From contig NIVC01003024.1 of assembly GCA_002269645.1 (NCBI GenBank), positions 1-64,000 on the forward strand: DNA of 64,000 nucleotides, written 5' to 3'. The stretch comes from Macrostomum lignano (taxonomy: Eukaryota). Positions 47,069-57,222 of the stretch are shown here, one piece after another; positions within the stretch are counted from its first letter, which is position 1, and every line of letters starts with the position of its first letter. Below the pieces are notes generated by a model that was not told the origin of the DNA, searched no databases, and saw nothing but the letters and a program-made list of their open reading frames with translations. Position numbers and translations under genes: made by a program.

Positions 47069-47907
47069 TAATATTGCTGTTGTTTTATAGGCTTCTGTAC
47101 TTGTTTGTTTATACATGCACTCTGTAGAAGCACGACTAGCCGCTTTGCAAATTCGGGGTAAAACGCTGACCTGCCTGGCAAGACTTTGTTTGACTCATGC
47201 GGATGGCAAATGGACTTTCGAACTGGCCTGGCTTATTTTATAACACTTCAACAACCCCAAATTCAGCAGCAGCACCACGTGAAAGTTCAGAGTGCTGCGT
47301 CACATGCATGTACATGCTCGTATTTGCTAAAATGGACCTACATGATGTTGTCATTTCTAATCAAGCCTTAATGCTGTATCAAACACAGCTAGATCTGCAG
47401 TCAGAGCCTCATGGCTAGTAAAATGCATAGCATAAACACAAACTGCCTGCAGTGTGACTACAAAAACTAATTCTAAAGCTAAACAACCAGATTTTAACAT
47501 CGCAATCTCACGGAAAGACGGATTCTGCAAAGAAGACGAATTAATCTTTTTATAGGATTAAAAATGTAAGTTTTATTAAGAGTAATGTTTTTTATTTACT
47601 TGTCGCTTGAGTGTACTGTACTGTAATACATTATCATGTAGACTGTCATTTAAAAGGTTGCCCTTGAATTCAGTAACCGAAATTTAGTAAATGTTGAATT
47701 TAGTAACGCTGGAATTTAGTAACGCTGGAATTTATTTGACATAAAATTGACCAGATCGATTAACCAAAAATATGCTCGTATAGTTTCAAATAACAGATTA
47801 GTAAGTGACTGTTTGCATACTTCTCAAGCGTTGAACATTTTTAGAGGACCGAAAGCGGCTACTCCGAAGCAAAACGAGTAAAGTGCGCAGGTACTTCTGC
47901 ATTGGCA

Positions 47908-50295
47908 ATGCAGAGCCGCTACGCAGTTATCATAGCAGTTCTGCTGCTTAAGTCTGTCCGGTTAGACGCTCGAAAGCATGACCGACATGCGAAGAGCGCA
48001 GTTCAGATGCTTCGATTCGACTATACAGCTCCATTGAACTCAAACTTTTCGGGCAGTGTGTCGCAAAACGTCTCGCGGCAGTACGTATTTACCTGGTCCA
48101 ACAGCAGTTCGGAACTGACGCCATTTCGACTGTACTTGTCTGCACCCAATGCGCGAACGCGAAGTTGGCCATTGGTGGCTGTGGCCAACCAAGGGGGCTC
48201 CGTGCTAACGTTGACGCTTCCGTTTCTCTTCACCCAGCACTCTGAGGGCGGCAAACCGCACGAAGGTGCACCGGAGCACTACGGCAGCATAACGCGAACC
48301 GTGTGCCCGCCACAACTAGTCAGGTCAGACAACGTGGGAATGACTAACGAGGCCATCGTTGAGCTGAGCACGTCATCTCTGGACCCAATAGAGTTTACCA
48401 TATCGGCAACTTTAGTGCAAGACTTTGCCCTGACAGTTGGCAGTTCCCAGCTAGTGCAGCTGCAGCCCTCCGCTCCGCAGTATTACTTCTTCAACTTCAG
48501 CGACAACGAATCGCAGCTGAATGGAGCAAAAGCGGTGCGGGTTGTCGCCCAGTCTGACCCCAACAGCGAGGACTCCAGGGCTTGCATGACTTTGGCCATT
48601 CACAGCGGGCATTGTCCAGTTGGTGACGAGCCCGAGAATGTGGACCACACGGGCCTGTTTCAGACAGTTCTCAGCTTGGGAGACATTTACGTTTCCAGGG
48701 CGGAGTATCCAACGTTTTTTGTAGTGCTACTCAGCCATCCAAGTACGGAAAAGTGTGACGGAAATTTTGACACGTCTTCTGCAGAAGAAGGCCTTCCGTT
48801 CTATAATTTCACAAAGCATATCAAACTAAAACTCATTTCCGCACCAGAGCCAAATGCGTTGCTACTCTTAGGAGTTGTCTTCGTCCTGCTAGTAGCCAGC
48901 ACTGCCGTAGTCCTAGCGGCTGTCTGCGCTTTCAAAAGGTTCCCGCCGCAGTTGAACGGTGAGCAGCAAGGTGCAGAAGAGGACCCGGATTTTGACTCGG
49001 ATGCGGAACCGTTGATTGGCTCTCGTATGTCCGTGGCTCTGCTCAACAAAAGGTCAGCAGATCGGCATGCCTATTTCCTGCAGCTGTTCGTCATCAGCGT
49101 ATTCTATTGTCTGCCAGCCGTGCAACTCATGTGGGTGCTCAGCAACAATATTTACAATGGGGGCAACTTGGACAAGTGCTTCTACAACTATGCCTGCAGT
49201 GTGAAGCTCAGAGTGACTTATAATTTTACAATCTATTCGTTCAACAACGTATTTTCGAACATTGGCTATCTGGCAGCCGGAGCAACATTCATTCTCGTGT
49301 GCAGGGCAAAGAAGAAGCGCTACGAGAACTGCCGGACCGGAGTTCCCGACTGCTACGGCCTGTACTACGCCTGCGGTGCGGCCATCTTCATGGAGGGCGT
49401 CATGTCCGCTACGTACCATCTCTGTCCCAGTTACTACAACTTCCAGTACGACACCGCATTTATGCTGATGATCGCTGGACTGCTGACTCTGCTGATCTAC
49501 AGCAAGCGGCACCCGGACGCCAACGTCACCGCTCAGGTTGCTTATCTTGCACTCGGCGCTTTCATTCTAGCCAACACTCTGGGCATTCTGCTGGCTCAAT
49601 ATCCAGCCAGTGCCAGGGTCGTCTACCTGTGCTTGGCCGTGGTGCACATTTTACTTGTTGTCAAGCTTACCTGCCAGGTATACTACCTTGGCGAAGTATC
49701 CATCCGTCAAGCCATAAGCTACTTATTTACTCGTTCAGGTCCAACAAATTTTCCCTACCCGTCAGACAGCAGGCCAACGGGATACTTCGGATGGTGCTGC
49801 AGGCAGCTGAGGTATCCGAAAACGCTGGCCTTCTTAGCTGTCGGTGTCGCACTCAATTTGATCGCAATCTGCCTCTACGTTGCGCATGGCTTCGGAATGC
49901 TCAATAGTTTGATGCCGTTTAAATTTGCCGAAATCTTCTTGTTTGTAATGATCATGAACTTCCTATTGTACCTGGCCTTCTATCTAATTGTGAAAGTGTG
50001 CACCGCCAGGCGCAGCGAGTGGCGCAGCGTCGGCTTCGTGCTGCTCCTGGTTCTGGCGTCCGCAGTGCTCAGCGGCTTCGCTCTTCATTTCTTTGTCAAC
50101 TCGCCAACTGATTGGACGCAGAGCCCGGCGAACTCGCGTGTCCTCAACACCGAGTGCATCCTGTTCGACGCGTTCGACAAGCACGATGTGTGGCACTTTC
50201 TGAGCGCCTGCGCCCTGTTCTGCGTGCTGATGCTTATCTTCTGCGTCGATATGAATGACAGGGGCAAACAGCGCGATCGTCTGCCGGTGTTCTAG
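47908..50295 (+). CDS. SIDT1: SID-1 transmembrane family protein (SIDT/ChUP-like), intronless
   Basis: Single 795-aa ORF from ATG 47908 with signal peptide, large ectodomain and multi-pass region. Family motifs DKCFYNYAC, FNNVFSNIGY, YGLYYACG, MEGVMSATYHLCPS, NFQYDTAFM, SKRHPD, SPANSRVLNTECILFDAFDKHDVWHFLSA. The symbol denotes the family, not strict orthology. Confidence 0.95.
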   Translation: MQSRYAVIIAVLLLKSVRLDARKHDRHAKSAVQMLRFDYTAPLNSNFSGSVSQNVSRQYVFTWSNSSSELTPFRLYLSAPNARTRSWPLVAVANQGGSVLTLTLPFLFTQHSEGGKPHEGAPEHYGSITRTVCPPQLVRSDNVGMTNEAIVELSTSSLDPIEFTISATLVQDFALTVGSSQLVQLQPSAPQYYFFNFSDNESQLNGAKAVRVVAQSDPNSEDSRACMTLAIHSGHCPVGDEPENVDHTGLFQTVLSLGDIYVSRAEYPTFFVVLLSHPSTEKCDGNFDTSSAEEGLPFYNFTKHIKLKLISAPEPNALLLLGVVFVLLVASTAVVLAAVCAFKRFPPQLNGEQQGAEEDPDFDSDAEPLIGSRMSVALLNKRSADRHAYFLQLFVISVFYCLPAVQLMWVLSNNIYNGGNLDKCFYNYACSVKLRVTYNFTIYSFNNVFSNIGYLAAGATFILVCRAKKKRYENCRTGVPDCYGLYYACGAAIFMEGVMSATYHLCPSYYNFQYDTAFMLMIAGLLTLLIYSKRHPDANVTAQVAYLALGAFILANTLGILLAQYPASARVVYLCLAVVHILLVVKLTCQVYYLGEVSIRQAISYLFTRSGPTNFPYPSDSRPTGYFGWCCRQLRYPKTLAFLAVGVALNLIAICLYVAHGFGMLNSLMPFKFAEIFLFVMIMNFLLYLAFYLIVKVCTARRSEWRSVGFVLLLVLASAVLSGFALHFFVNSPTDWTQSPANSRVLNTECILFDAFDKHDVWHFLSACALFCVLMLIFCVDMNDRGKQRDRLPVF

Positions 50296-50935
50296 CTGGG
50301 CTCCAACTGTCGCATCGCTTCATTCAGACTCTCTGGTTGAAAGGTTGAACTTAGATAGAAAACTGGTGCGAGTTTGAATGGAACCATGATAGTAAAACAA
50401 TGCTTAACACAGTCTGCAATCGCACGCTCACTAAAAATGCTTCTTACCTGCATGTCAATAAGAACTTCTGAAGCCGACAGAAAGGAACAAATTCTCGTTG
50501 ACGGATCTTAATCTATTATGGAGACGTGATTACTGTATATTATTTAAAAATGTTCTGGATTAATTTTTTTTAAATTTCTTCCCGTTTTAGAAGTGAAACT
50601 CTATTAGGATTTACATGTACTGATCCTAATCGCGTCGTTCAAGCCCCCTTTCCTGTAGGTCTTAGTTAGGATAAATGCATATTTAGCTATCGATTTGCAC
50701 ATTGCTTGTCTAAGTGCAACTATCAGTATATGGTGTGTTTTACGAAGCCACTGCGAGCTGACAACTCTCTCCCAACTATACATGTAATGCACTAATGCTT
50801 CTAATTTGAAAAGTTTAAAGTAGGTGTTGCGATGAAACTTTATTAGCAAACTGAGTTTAAGAAGTATTTGTTTTTGTCGAGTAATATAAAATGTAAGACG
50901 GGGGACAACTCATTTTTATTTGAATCTGAGTGCAA

Positions 50936-51909
50936 GATTGATTGTGTCTATGGCAGAAACTCACATGATAGTTTGTGTCGATGGCAGCAAGCTACATGAC
51001 CGATTGTGTCTATGGCAGCAAGCCACATGACTGATTGTGTCTATGGCAGCAAGCCACATGACTGATTGTGTCGATGGCAGCAAGCCACATGACTGATTGT
51101 GTCTATGGCAGCAAGCCACATGACTGATTGTGTCTATGGCAGAAAGCCACATGACTGATTGTGTCGATGGCAGCAAGCCACATTATTGATTGTGTCTATG
51201 GCAGCAAGCCACATTATTGATTGTGTCTATGGCAGCAAGCCACATGACCGATTGTGTCTATGGCAGCAAGCTACATGACCGATTGTGTCGATGGCAGCAA
51301 GCCACATGACTGATTGTGTCTATGGCAGCAAGCCACATGACTGATTGTGTCGATGGCAGCAAGCCACATGACTGATTGTGTCTATGGCAGCAAGCCACAT
51401 GATTGATTGTGTCAATGGCAGCAAGCCACATGACTGATTGTGTCAATGGCAGCAAGCCACATGACTGATTGTGTCTATGGCAGCAAGCCACATGACTGAT
51501 TGTGTCAATGGCAGCAAGCTACATGACTGATTGTGTCAATGGTAGCAAGCCACATGACTGATTGTGTCTATGGCAGCAAGCCACATGACTGATTGTGTCT
51601 ATGGCAGCAAGCCACATGACTGATTGTGTCAATGGCAGCAAGCTACATGACTGATTGTGTCAATGGTAGCAAGCCACATGACTGATTGTGTCAATGGTAG
51701 CAAGCCACATGACTGATTGTGTCTATGGCAGCAAGCCACATGACTGATTGTGTCGATGGCAGCAAGCCACATGACTGATTGTGTCTATGGCAGCAAGCTA
51801 CATGACTGATAGTGTCAATGGCAGCAAGCTACATGACTGATTGTGTCAATGGCAGCAAGCCACATGACTGATTGTGTCTATGGCAGCAAGCTACATGACT
51901 GATTGTGTC
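50936..51909. repeat. 31-bp satellite (gattgtgtctatggcagcaagccacatgact), block 1
   Basis: actgattg at 51061 and 51092; about 31 copies. Confidence 0.97.
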
Positions 51910-52162
51910 TGTGACATAGTGACACGATGAACTTTGCTTTAGGTTGCATGCACTGTAGTGTTGACTCACTAGCAGTGGAGTTGTTATTGATCGGCTTAGA
52001 GATTGTATTTTATTCCACCCCACCCCATGCGCGCGTTTGAATCTGTCTGCACCCACCACCTCAGTGCTAAATAATAAATGTGAACAGCCTAGCTCTCAAG
52101 CGAGCACCTTTTACTCACTCCTGCAATTCCACACTTCTGTCTCGCTTAACAAAGTTATCACA
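51910..52162 (+). repeat. 5-prime LTR (253 bp)
   Basis: tgtgacatag...gttatcaca; matches the 3-prime LTR. Confidence 0.95.
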
Positions 52163-55100
52163 ATGGCGACGGGTCTGCCCACGCTGGGCCAACTGCTACC
52201 ATCTACAAACATCGAGATCTTCCTAGAGCGTCTCGAGCAGTACTTCATCTGCAAGGAGGTGAAGGATGAGGCAAAAGTGGCAACTCTGATCACGTCGATT
52301 GGAGAGGAGGCTTACATCACACTGCGGAGTCTGTGCCAGCCGGTCCAAGTGGCGCAGAAGTCTTACGCTGACTTGAAGAAGCTGCTGACAACGCACTTCG
52401 CACCCAAGCCTTCGGAGCTAGCTGCGAGGTTCCGTTTCCAACAACGAACTCAGCAAGCAGGCGAGAGCTTCACGGCATTCATCGCGGGGCTCCAGGCTCT
52501 GTCAGCTGACTGCAACTTCGGTGAGTCGCTAAATGAGCGGCTCCGAGACCAACTCGTGTTCGGCCTTCGAAGCGACGCCTATCGAGCCAAGCTGCTGGAA
52601 GTCGTTGAGCCGACTTTTGAATCCCTGCAAACAAAGGCTATGTCGCTGGAGTCTGCAGAGCGTTCGTCCCTGGAGATGTCACAAAGGGCATCGGAGTCTG
52701 TTGCCAATCTGCAATTTGTCAGCAAGAGAGGTAGCCGCAAGCAGGTGACACCTTCAGCGCACCACAGAGGGCATCGGGTCAGCGGCAGCGACAACGGCGG
52801 CAGCGGCAACGGCGGCAGCGGCAACGGCAGCGGCAATGGCAGCGGCAACGGTGGCGGTGGCAGCTCATGCAAAAGCTGTGGCGGTTCCCACGAGCGTCAT
52901 TCATGCAAGTTCAGGGACGCCAAGTGCCATGCATGCGGCAAGGTCGGCCATATCCGCAAGGTCTGCCAGTCCACCAAGCAGGCCAAGCTACACATGTTAC
53001 AAGAGGTGCGGATGGCACCTACTGTCGAAGGCGCGTGTGACACCCAGGTGCCCATCTTCGCAGTCCGACCAACAGGCAGCAACGCTGGACCGACAGTCAT
53101 GCTGCTCGTCAACGGACAGGAATGCCAGTTTGTCATCGACACCGGCTCTGCAGTCACGCTGATGCCGCAGCAGCTGCAGCAGAAGTTGCTTCCTCAGCTA
53201 CAACTGGCTCCATCGGCCGCAGTTCTGCGAACCTTCACCAATGAACGCTTTCATCCGCGAGGCCAAGCCACAGTCTGCGTCCAGCACAACGCCCAGCAGC
53301 TACAGCTACCGCTGCTTGTAGTCGACAAAGGAGACACGGCACTGCTGGGACGAGACTGGCTGGCTCACCTTCGGCTGGACTGGCCGAAAATTATGGCCCA
53401 GGTGCACGCCGTGTCGACCGATAGCGACATCAGCGACCTGCATGAGAGATTTGCTGCGGTGTTCGAGGACCGACTTGGCGAATATCGACACGGTAAAGTG
53501 CGGCTCAACGTCGTCGACGGTGCCCAACCTCGGTTCTTTAAAGCCCGCCCGGTTCCGTATGCACTACGAGAGCGCGTGGACGAGGAGCTGCAGAGACTGG
53601 AGGCCAACGGCATCATTTCGGCGGTTAAGCACAGCGATTGGGCCTCTCCGATCGTTCCGGTGGTCAAGAAGGATGGCGGCGTCAGGATTTGCGGTGATTA
53701 TACGCAAACTTTCAACCCGGCGTGCCTGACCGAACAGTACCCTCTACCCAAGATCGAGGACCTGTTTGCCAAGCTGGGAGGCGGCTGCAAGTGGACAAAA
53801 CTCGATCTGTCCAATGCCTTCCTGCAGCTTCCGCTCGCCGAAGACAGCAAAGCCTTCGTCACGATCAACACGCCGAAGGGACTCTACCAGTTCAATCGCA
53901 TGCCTTTTGGGATCAAGTGCGCCACTGCGATCTTCCAACAGACACTGGACACTCTGCTAGGAGATCTCGACTCTGTCCAGGTGTTTGTCGATGACATCCT
54001 GGTCACCGGCAAGACGATGCACCAACATAAGAAAAACCTGGAAGAAGTTCTGCAGCGCCTTCTTGATTCGGGACTCAGGCTGAACAAGCAAAAGAGCCAG
54101 TTCTTCATGGACTCAGTCGAGTATTTGGGTTACCGCATTGACGCATGTGGACTCAGCCCGCTGACGGACAGGGTGGCCGCAATTCAAGACGCCCCAGCGC
54201 CGAAGGATATCAGCCAGCTGCGCTCGTTCCTCGGCATGCTGACTCAGTACGGCCGGTTCCTGCCTAACCTGTCCACCGTAGTGGCGCCGCTCAATCAGCT
54301 GCTGGCCAAGGACGTTCGTTGGACGTGGGACAAGCCGCAGCAAACCGCCTTCAGCGAAGCTAAGCGTCTGCTGCTCCATTCACCTGTGCTGGTGCATTAC
54401 AATCCGGATCTGCCGCTGCGGCTCGAGTGTGACGCTTCACCATACGGAGTGGGTGTGGTGTTGTCCCATCGCATCGGCAACAAAGACTGCGCAGTGGCAT
54501 TCGCTAGCCGCACCCTGAACGCAGCACAGCGGGGCTACTCGCAGCTCGACAAGGAAGCGCTGGCCATAATGTTCGGGCTGCACCGCTTCCATCAATTCCT
54601 CTACGGCCGGAGATTCACGATAGTCACTGATCACCTGCCGCTACTCGGGCTACTGGGCGAGTGGAAAGGCATCCCGGCACACGCTGCAGCCCGCATGCAG
54701 CGGTGGGCGATCCGGCTGGCGAGCTATGACTATGCGCTCGAGTTTCGGCCGACGGAGAAGCACGCCAACTGCGACTCGCTGTCCCGGCTGCCATTGCCGC
54801 AGCAGTTCGAGGAGGAGACAGCGGTTAACTCGCTGCTGATCGACGAGGGCGCAGGTTCGGCCGCCACTGCAGCGACGGTGGCGCGGCTCACCAGGACGGA
54901 TGCGGTGCTAGGGCGCGTGCTGCGCTGTCTGCAGACGGGTTCGACCATCTGCGCCGACCTGACCGACTTCGCCAGGCGCCAGAGCGAGCTGTCCATTGAC
55001 CAGGGCTGCGTGCTGTGGGGCGCTCGAGTTGTGGTGCCAGCCGCCTTGCGACAACAAGTGTTGAACGAGCTGCACCAAGCCCACCCTGGCATCAGCCGCA

Positions 55101-56119
55101 TGCGCGCCCTCGCGAGAAGCTACGTCTGGTGGCCAAGTATCGACAAAGACTTGGAAGCCACAGTAAAAGCCTGTCGCACCTGCCAGCTCAATCAGGCGGA
55201 TCCATCCAAGGCCCCGGTGCAGCCCTGGCCATTCCCGACTGAGCCATGGGAGCGGTTGCACATCGACTACGCGGGACCTGTGGACGGCCGCACTTACCTG
55301 GTCCTGGTCGACGCGCACAGTAAGTGGCCAGAGGTGCACAGGATGAGCGGCACCACTGCAACTGCGACGATCAGCTGTCTGCGAGAAATCTTCGCTCGTC
55401 TCGGCCTACCGAGAACCTTGGTGTCGGACAACGGGCCTCAATTCGCTTCGGCCGAGTTCGCTGAGTTCGTCAGTTCCAACGGCATCCGGCACATCTTCTC
55501 GGCGCCATTCCACCCGGCGACCAACGGCCAGGCCGAGCGCTTCGTCCAGGTGCTGAAGCGGCATCTGAGTAAGTGCGGTCACTCCGACGCGCAACTTCAA
55601 CGACTGCTGATGGCCTACCGCAACACTCCGCACAGCGTCAGTGGCACCGCGCCGAGTCAGCTGCTCATTGGCCGCCGGCTGCGCAGCCGGCTGGACCTCC
55701 TGACACCATCGTTGACTTCGGCCATGCAACAGCGACAGCAGCATCAGTTTCAGCAGCAGCGGCCAGCGCGCCAGTTCCAGCCTGGAGATCGTGTGCTCTA
55801 CCGTGATTTCAGCACTGCTGCTCGTGCAGGAGAAAGCAGCCGCTGGGCCGAAGGTGTCATCGTCAATGCCGGCACTCGCAACTGCACAGTCGATTCCGGG
55901 CGCGGCGTACAAGCGCGACACGCTGACCAGCTGCTAGCGGCTTCTGCTGGGCTGGCCGAGTCGAACAGCAGCACAACCCCGGCCGAGGACTGCGCGGCAC
56001 CTGACGTTGGCGGCACGTCTACCTCGCCGCAGGCAGATACGGCTGACTCTGCTAACGAGGCACCCCGGCGCTACCCAGATCGAGTTCGAGCACCACCTGA
56101 CAGATTGATGCTGCAGTGA
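52163..56119 (+). CDS. Gag-Pol polyprotein (Gag, two Zn knuckles, protease, RT, RNase H, integrase), 1318 aa
   Basis: CKSCGGSHERHSC and CHACGKVGHIRKVC knuckles; VIDTGS protease; FVDD RT; CDASPYG RNase H; HHCC zinc finger; HIDYAGP, VSDNGPQF and NGQAERFVQ integrase. Domain order PR-RT-RH-IN is Gypsy-type. Confidence 0.97.
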   Translation: MATGLPTLGQLLPSTNIEIFLERLEQYFICKEVKDEAKVATLITSIGEEAYITLRSLCQPVQVAQKSYADLKKLLTTHFAPKPSELAARFRFQQRTQQAGESFTAFIAGLQALSADCNFGESLNERLRDQLVFGLRSDAYRAKLLEVVEPTFESLQTKAMSLESAERSSLEMSQRASESVANLQFVSKRGSRKQVTPSAHHRGHRVSGSDNGGSGNGGSGNGSGNGSGNGGGGSSCKSCGGSHERHSCKFRDAKCHACGKVGHIRKVCQSTKQAKLHMLQEVRMAPTVEGACDTQVPIFAVRPTGSNAGPTVMLLVNGQECQFVIDTGSAVTLMPQQLQQKLLPQLQLAPSAAVLRTFTNERFHPRGQATVCVQHNAQQLQLPLLVVDKGDTALLGRDWLAHLRLDWPKIMAQVHAVSTDSDISDLHERFAAVFEDRLGEYRHGKVRLNVVDGAQPRFFKARPVPYALRERVDEELQRLEANGIISAVKHSDWASPIVPVVKKDGGVRICGDYTQTFNPACLTEQYPLPKIEDLFAKLGGGCKWTKLDLSNAFLQLPLAEDSKAFVTINTPKGLYQFNRMPFGIKCATAIFQQTLDTLLGDLDSVQVFVDDILVTGKTMHQHKKNLEEVLQRLLDSGLRLNKQKSQFFMDSVEYLGYRIDACGLSPLTDRVAAIQDAPAPKDISQLRSFLGMLTQYGRFLPNLSTVVAPLNQLLAKDVRWTWDKPQQTAFSEAKRLLLHSPVLVHYNPDLPLRLECDASPYGVGVVLSHRIGNKDCAVAFASRTLNAAQRGYSQLDKEALAIMFGLHRFHQFLYGRRFTIVTDHLPLLGLLGEWKGIPAHAAARMQRWAIRLASYDYALEFRPTEKHANCDSLSRLPLPQQFEEETAVNSLLIDEGAGSAATAATVARLTRTDAVLGRVLRCLQTGSTICADLTDFARRQSELSIDQGCVLWGARVVVPAALRQQVLNELHQAHPGISRMRALARSYVWWPSIDKDLEATVKACRTCQLNQADPSKAPVQPWPFPTEPWERLHIDYAGPVDGRTYLVLVDAHSKWPEVHRMSGTTATATISCLREIFARLGLPRTLVSDNGPQFASAEFAEFVSSNGIRHIFSAPFHPATNGQAERFVQVLKRHLSKCGHSDAQLQRLLMAYRNTPHSVSGTAPSQLLIGRRLRSRLDLLTPSLTSAMQQRQQHQFQQQRPARQFQPGDRVLYRDFSTAARAGESSRWAEGVIVNAGTRNCTVDSGRGVQARHADQLLAASAGLAESNSSTTPAEDCAAPDVGGTSTSPQADTADSANEAPRRYPDRVRAPPDRLMLQ

Positions 56120-56141
56120 GGGCGTTAACTTAGGGGGGAGA

Positions 56142-56394
56142 TGTGACATAGTGACACGATGAACTTTGCTTTAGGTTGCATGCACTGTAGTGTTGACTCA
56201 CTAGCAGTGGAGTTGTTATTGATCGGCTTAGAGATTGTATTTTATTCCACCCCACCCCATGCGCGCGTTTGAATCTGTCTGCACCCACCACCTCAGTGCT
56301 AAATAATAAATGTGAACAGCCTAGCTCTCAAGCGAGCACCTTTTACTCACTCCTGCAATTCCACACTTCTGTCTCGCTTAACAAAGTTATCACA
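56142..56394 (+). repeat. 3-prime LTR (253 bp)
   Basis: Preceded by the polypurine tract; matches the 5-prime LTR. Confidence 0.95.
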
Positions 56395-57222
56395 TTGTCA
56401 ATGGCAGCAAGCTACATGACTGATTGTGTCAAAGGCATGCAAGTTACATGACTGATTGTGTCAATGGCAGCAAGCTACATGACTGATTGTGTCTATGGCA
56501 GCAAGCCACATGACTGATTGTGTCTATGGCAGCAAGCCACATGACTGATTGTGTCTATGGCAGAAACTCACATGATAGTTTGTGTCGATGGCAGCAAGCC
56601 ACATGACTGATTGTGTCTATGGCAGAAACTCACATGATAGTTTGTGTCTATGGCAGCAAGCCAACATGACTGATTGTGTCTATGACAGCAAGCCACATTA
56701 CTGATTGTGTCAATGGCAGCAAGCCACATGATAGTTTGTGTCGATGGCAGCAAGCCACATGACTGATTGTGTGTATGGCAGCAAGCCACATGACTGATTG
56801 TGTCTATGACAGCAAGCCACATGACTGATTGTGTCTATGGCAGAAACTCACATGATAGTTTGTGTCTATGGCAGCAAGCCACATGACTGATTGTGTCTAT
56901 GGCAGCAAGCCACATGATAGTTTGTGTCTATGGCAGCAAGCCAACATGACTGATTGTGTCTATGGCAGCAAGCCACATGACTGATTGTGTCAATGGCAGG
57001 AAGCTACATGACTGATTGTGTCAATGGCAGCAAGCCACATGATAGTTTGTGTCTATGGCAGCAAGCCACATGACTGATTGTGTCTATGGCAGCAAGCCAC
57101 ATTATTGATTGTGTCAATGGCAGCAAGCCACATTATTGATTGTGTCTATGGCAGCAAGCCACATGACTGATTGTGTCAATGGCAGCAAGCCACATGACTG
57201 ATTGTGTCTATAGAAGCAAGCC
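56395..57222. repeat. 31-bp satellite, block 2
   Basis: Same unit resumes right after the 3-prime LTR. Confidence 0.97.

Larger units (their letters stand above)
51910..56394 (+). mobile_element. Intact Ty3/Gypsy LTR retrotransposon (Mag-like, single Gag-Pol ORF)
   Basis: TG...CA LTRs at 51910-52162 and 56142-56394 (253 bp, no difference seen). PBS-like TGGCGACG right after the 5-prime LTR, PPT aggggggaga at 56132-56141, flanks gtgtc/ttgtc (5-bp TSD with one mismatch). Confidence 0.97.

Noticed and set aside
52111-56149. Numerous short alternative-frame and antisense ORFs within the Gypsy element
   Set aside because: Expected by-products of a GC-rich coding sequence; no env-like or other recognisable product.
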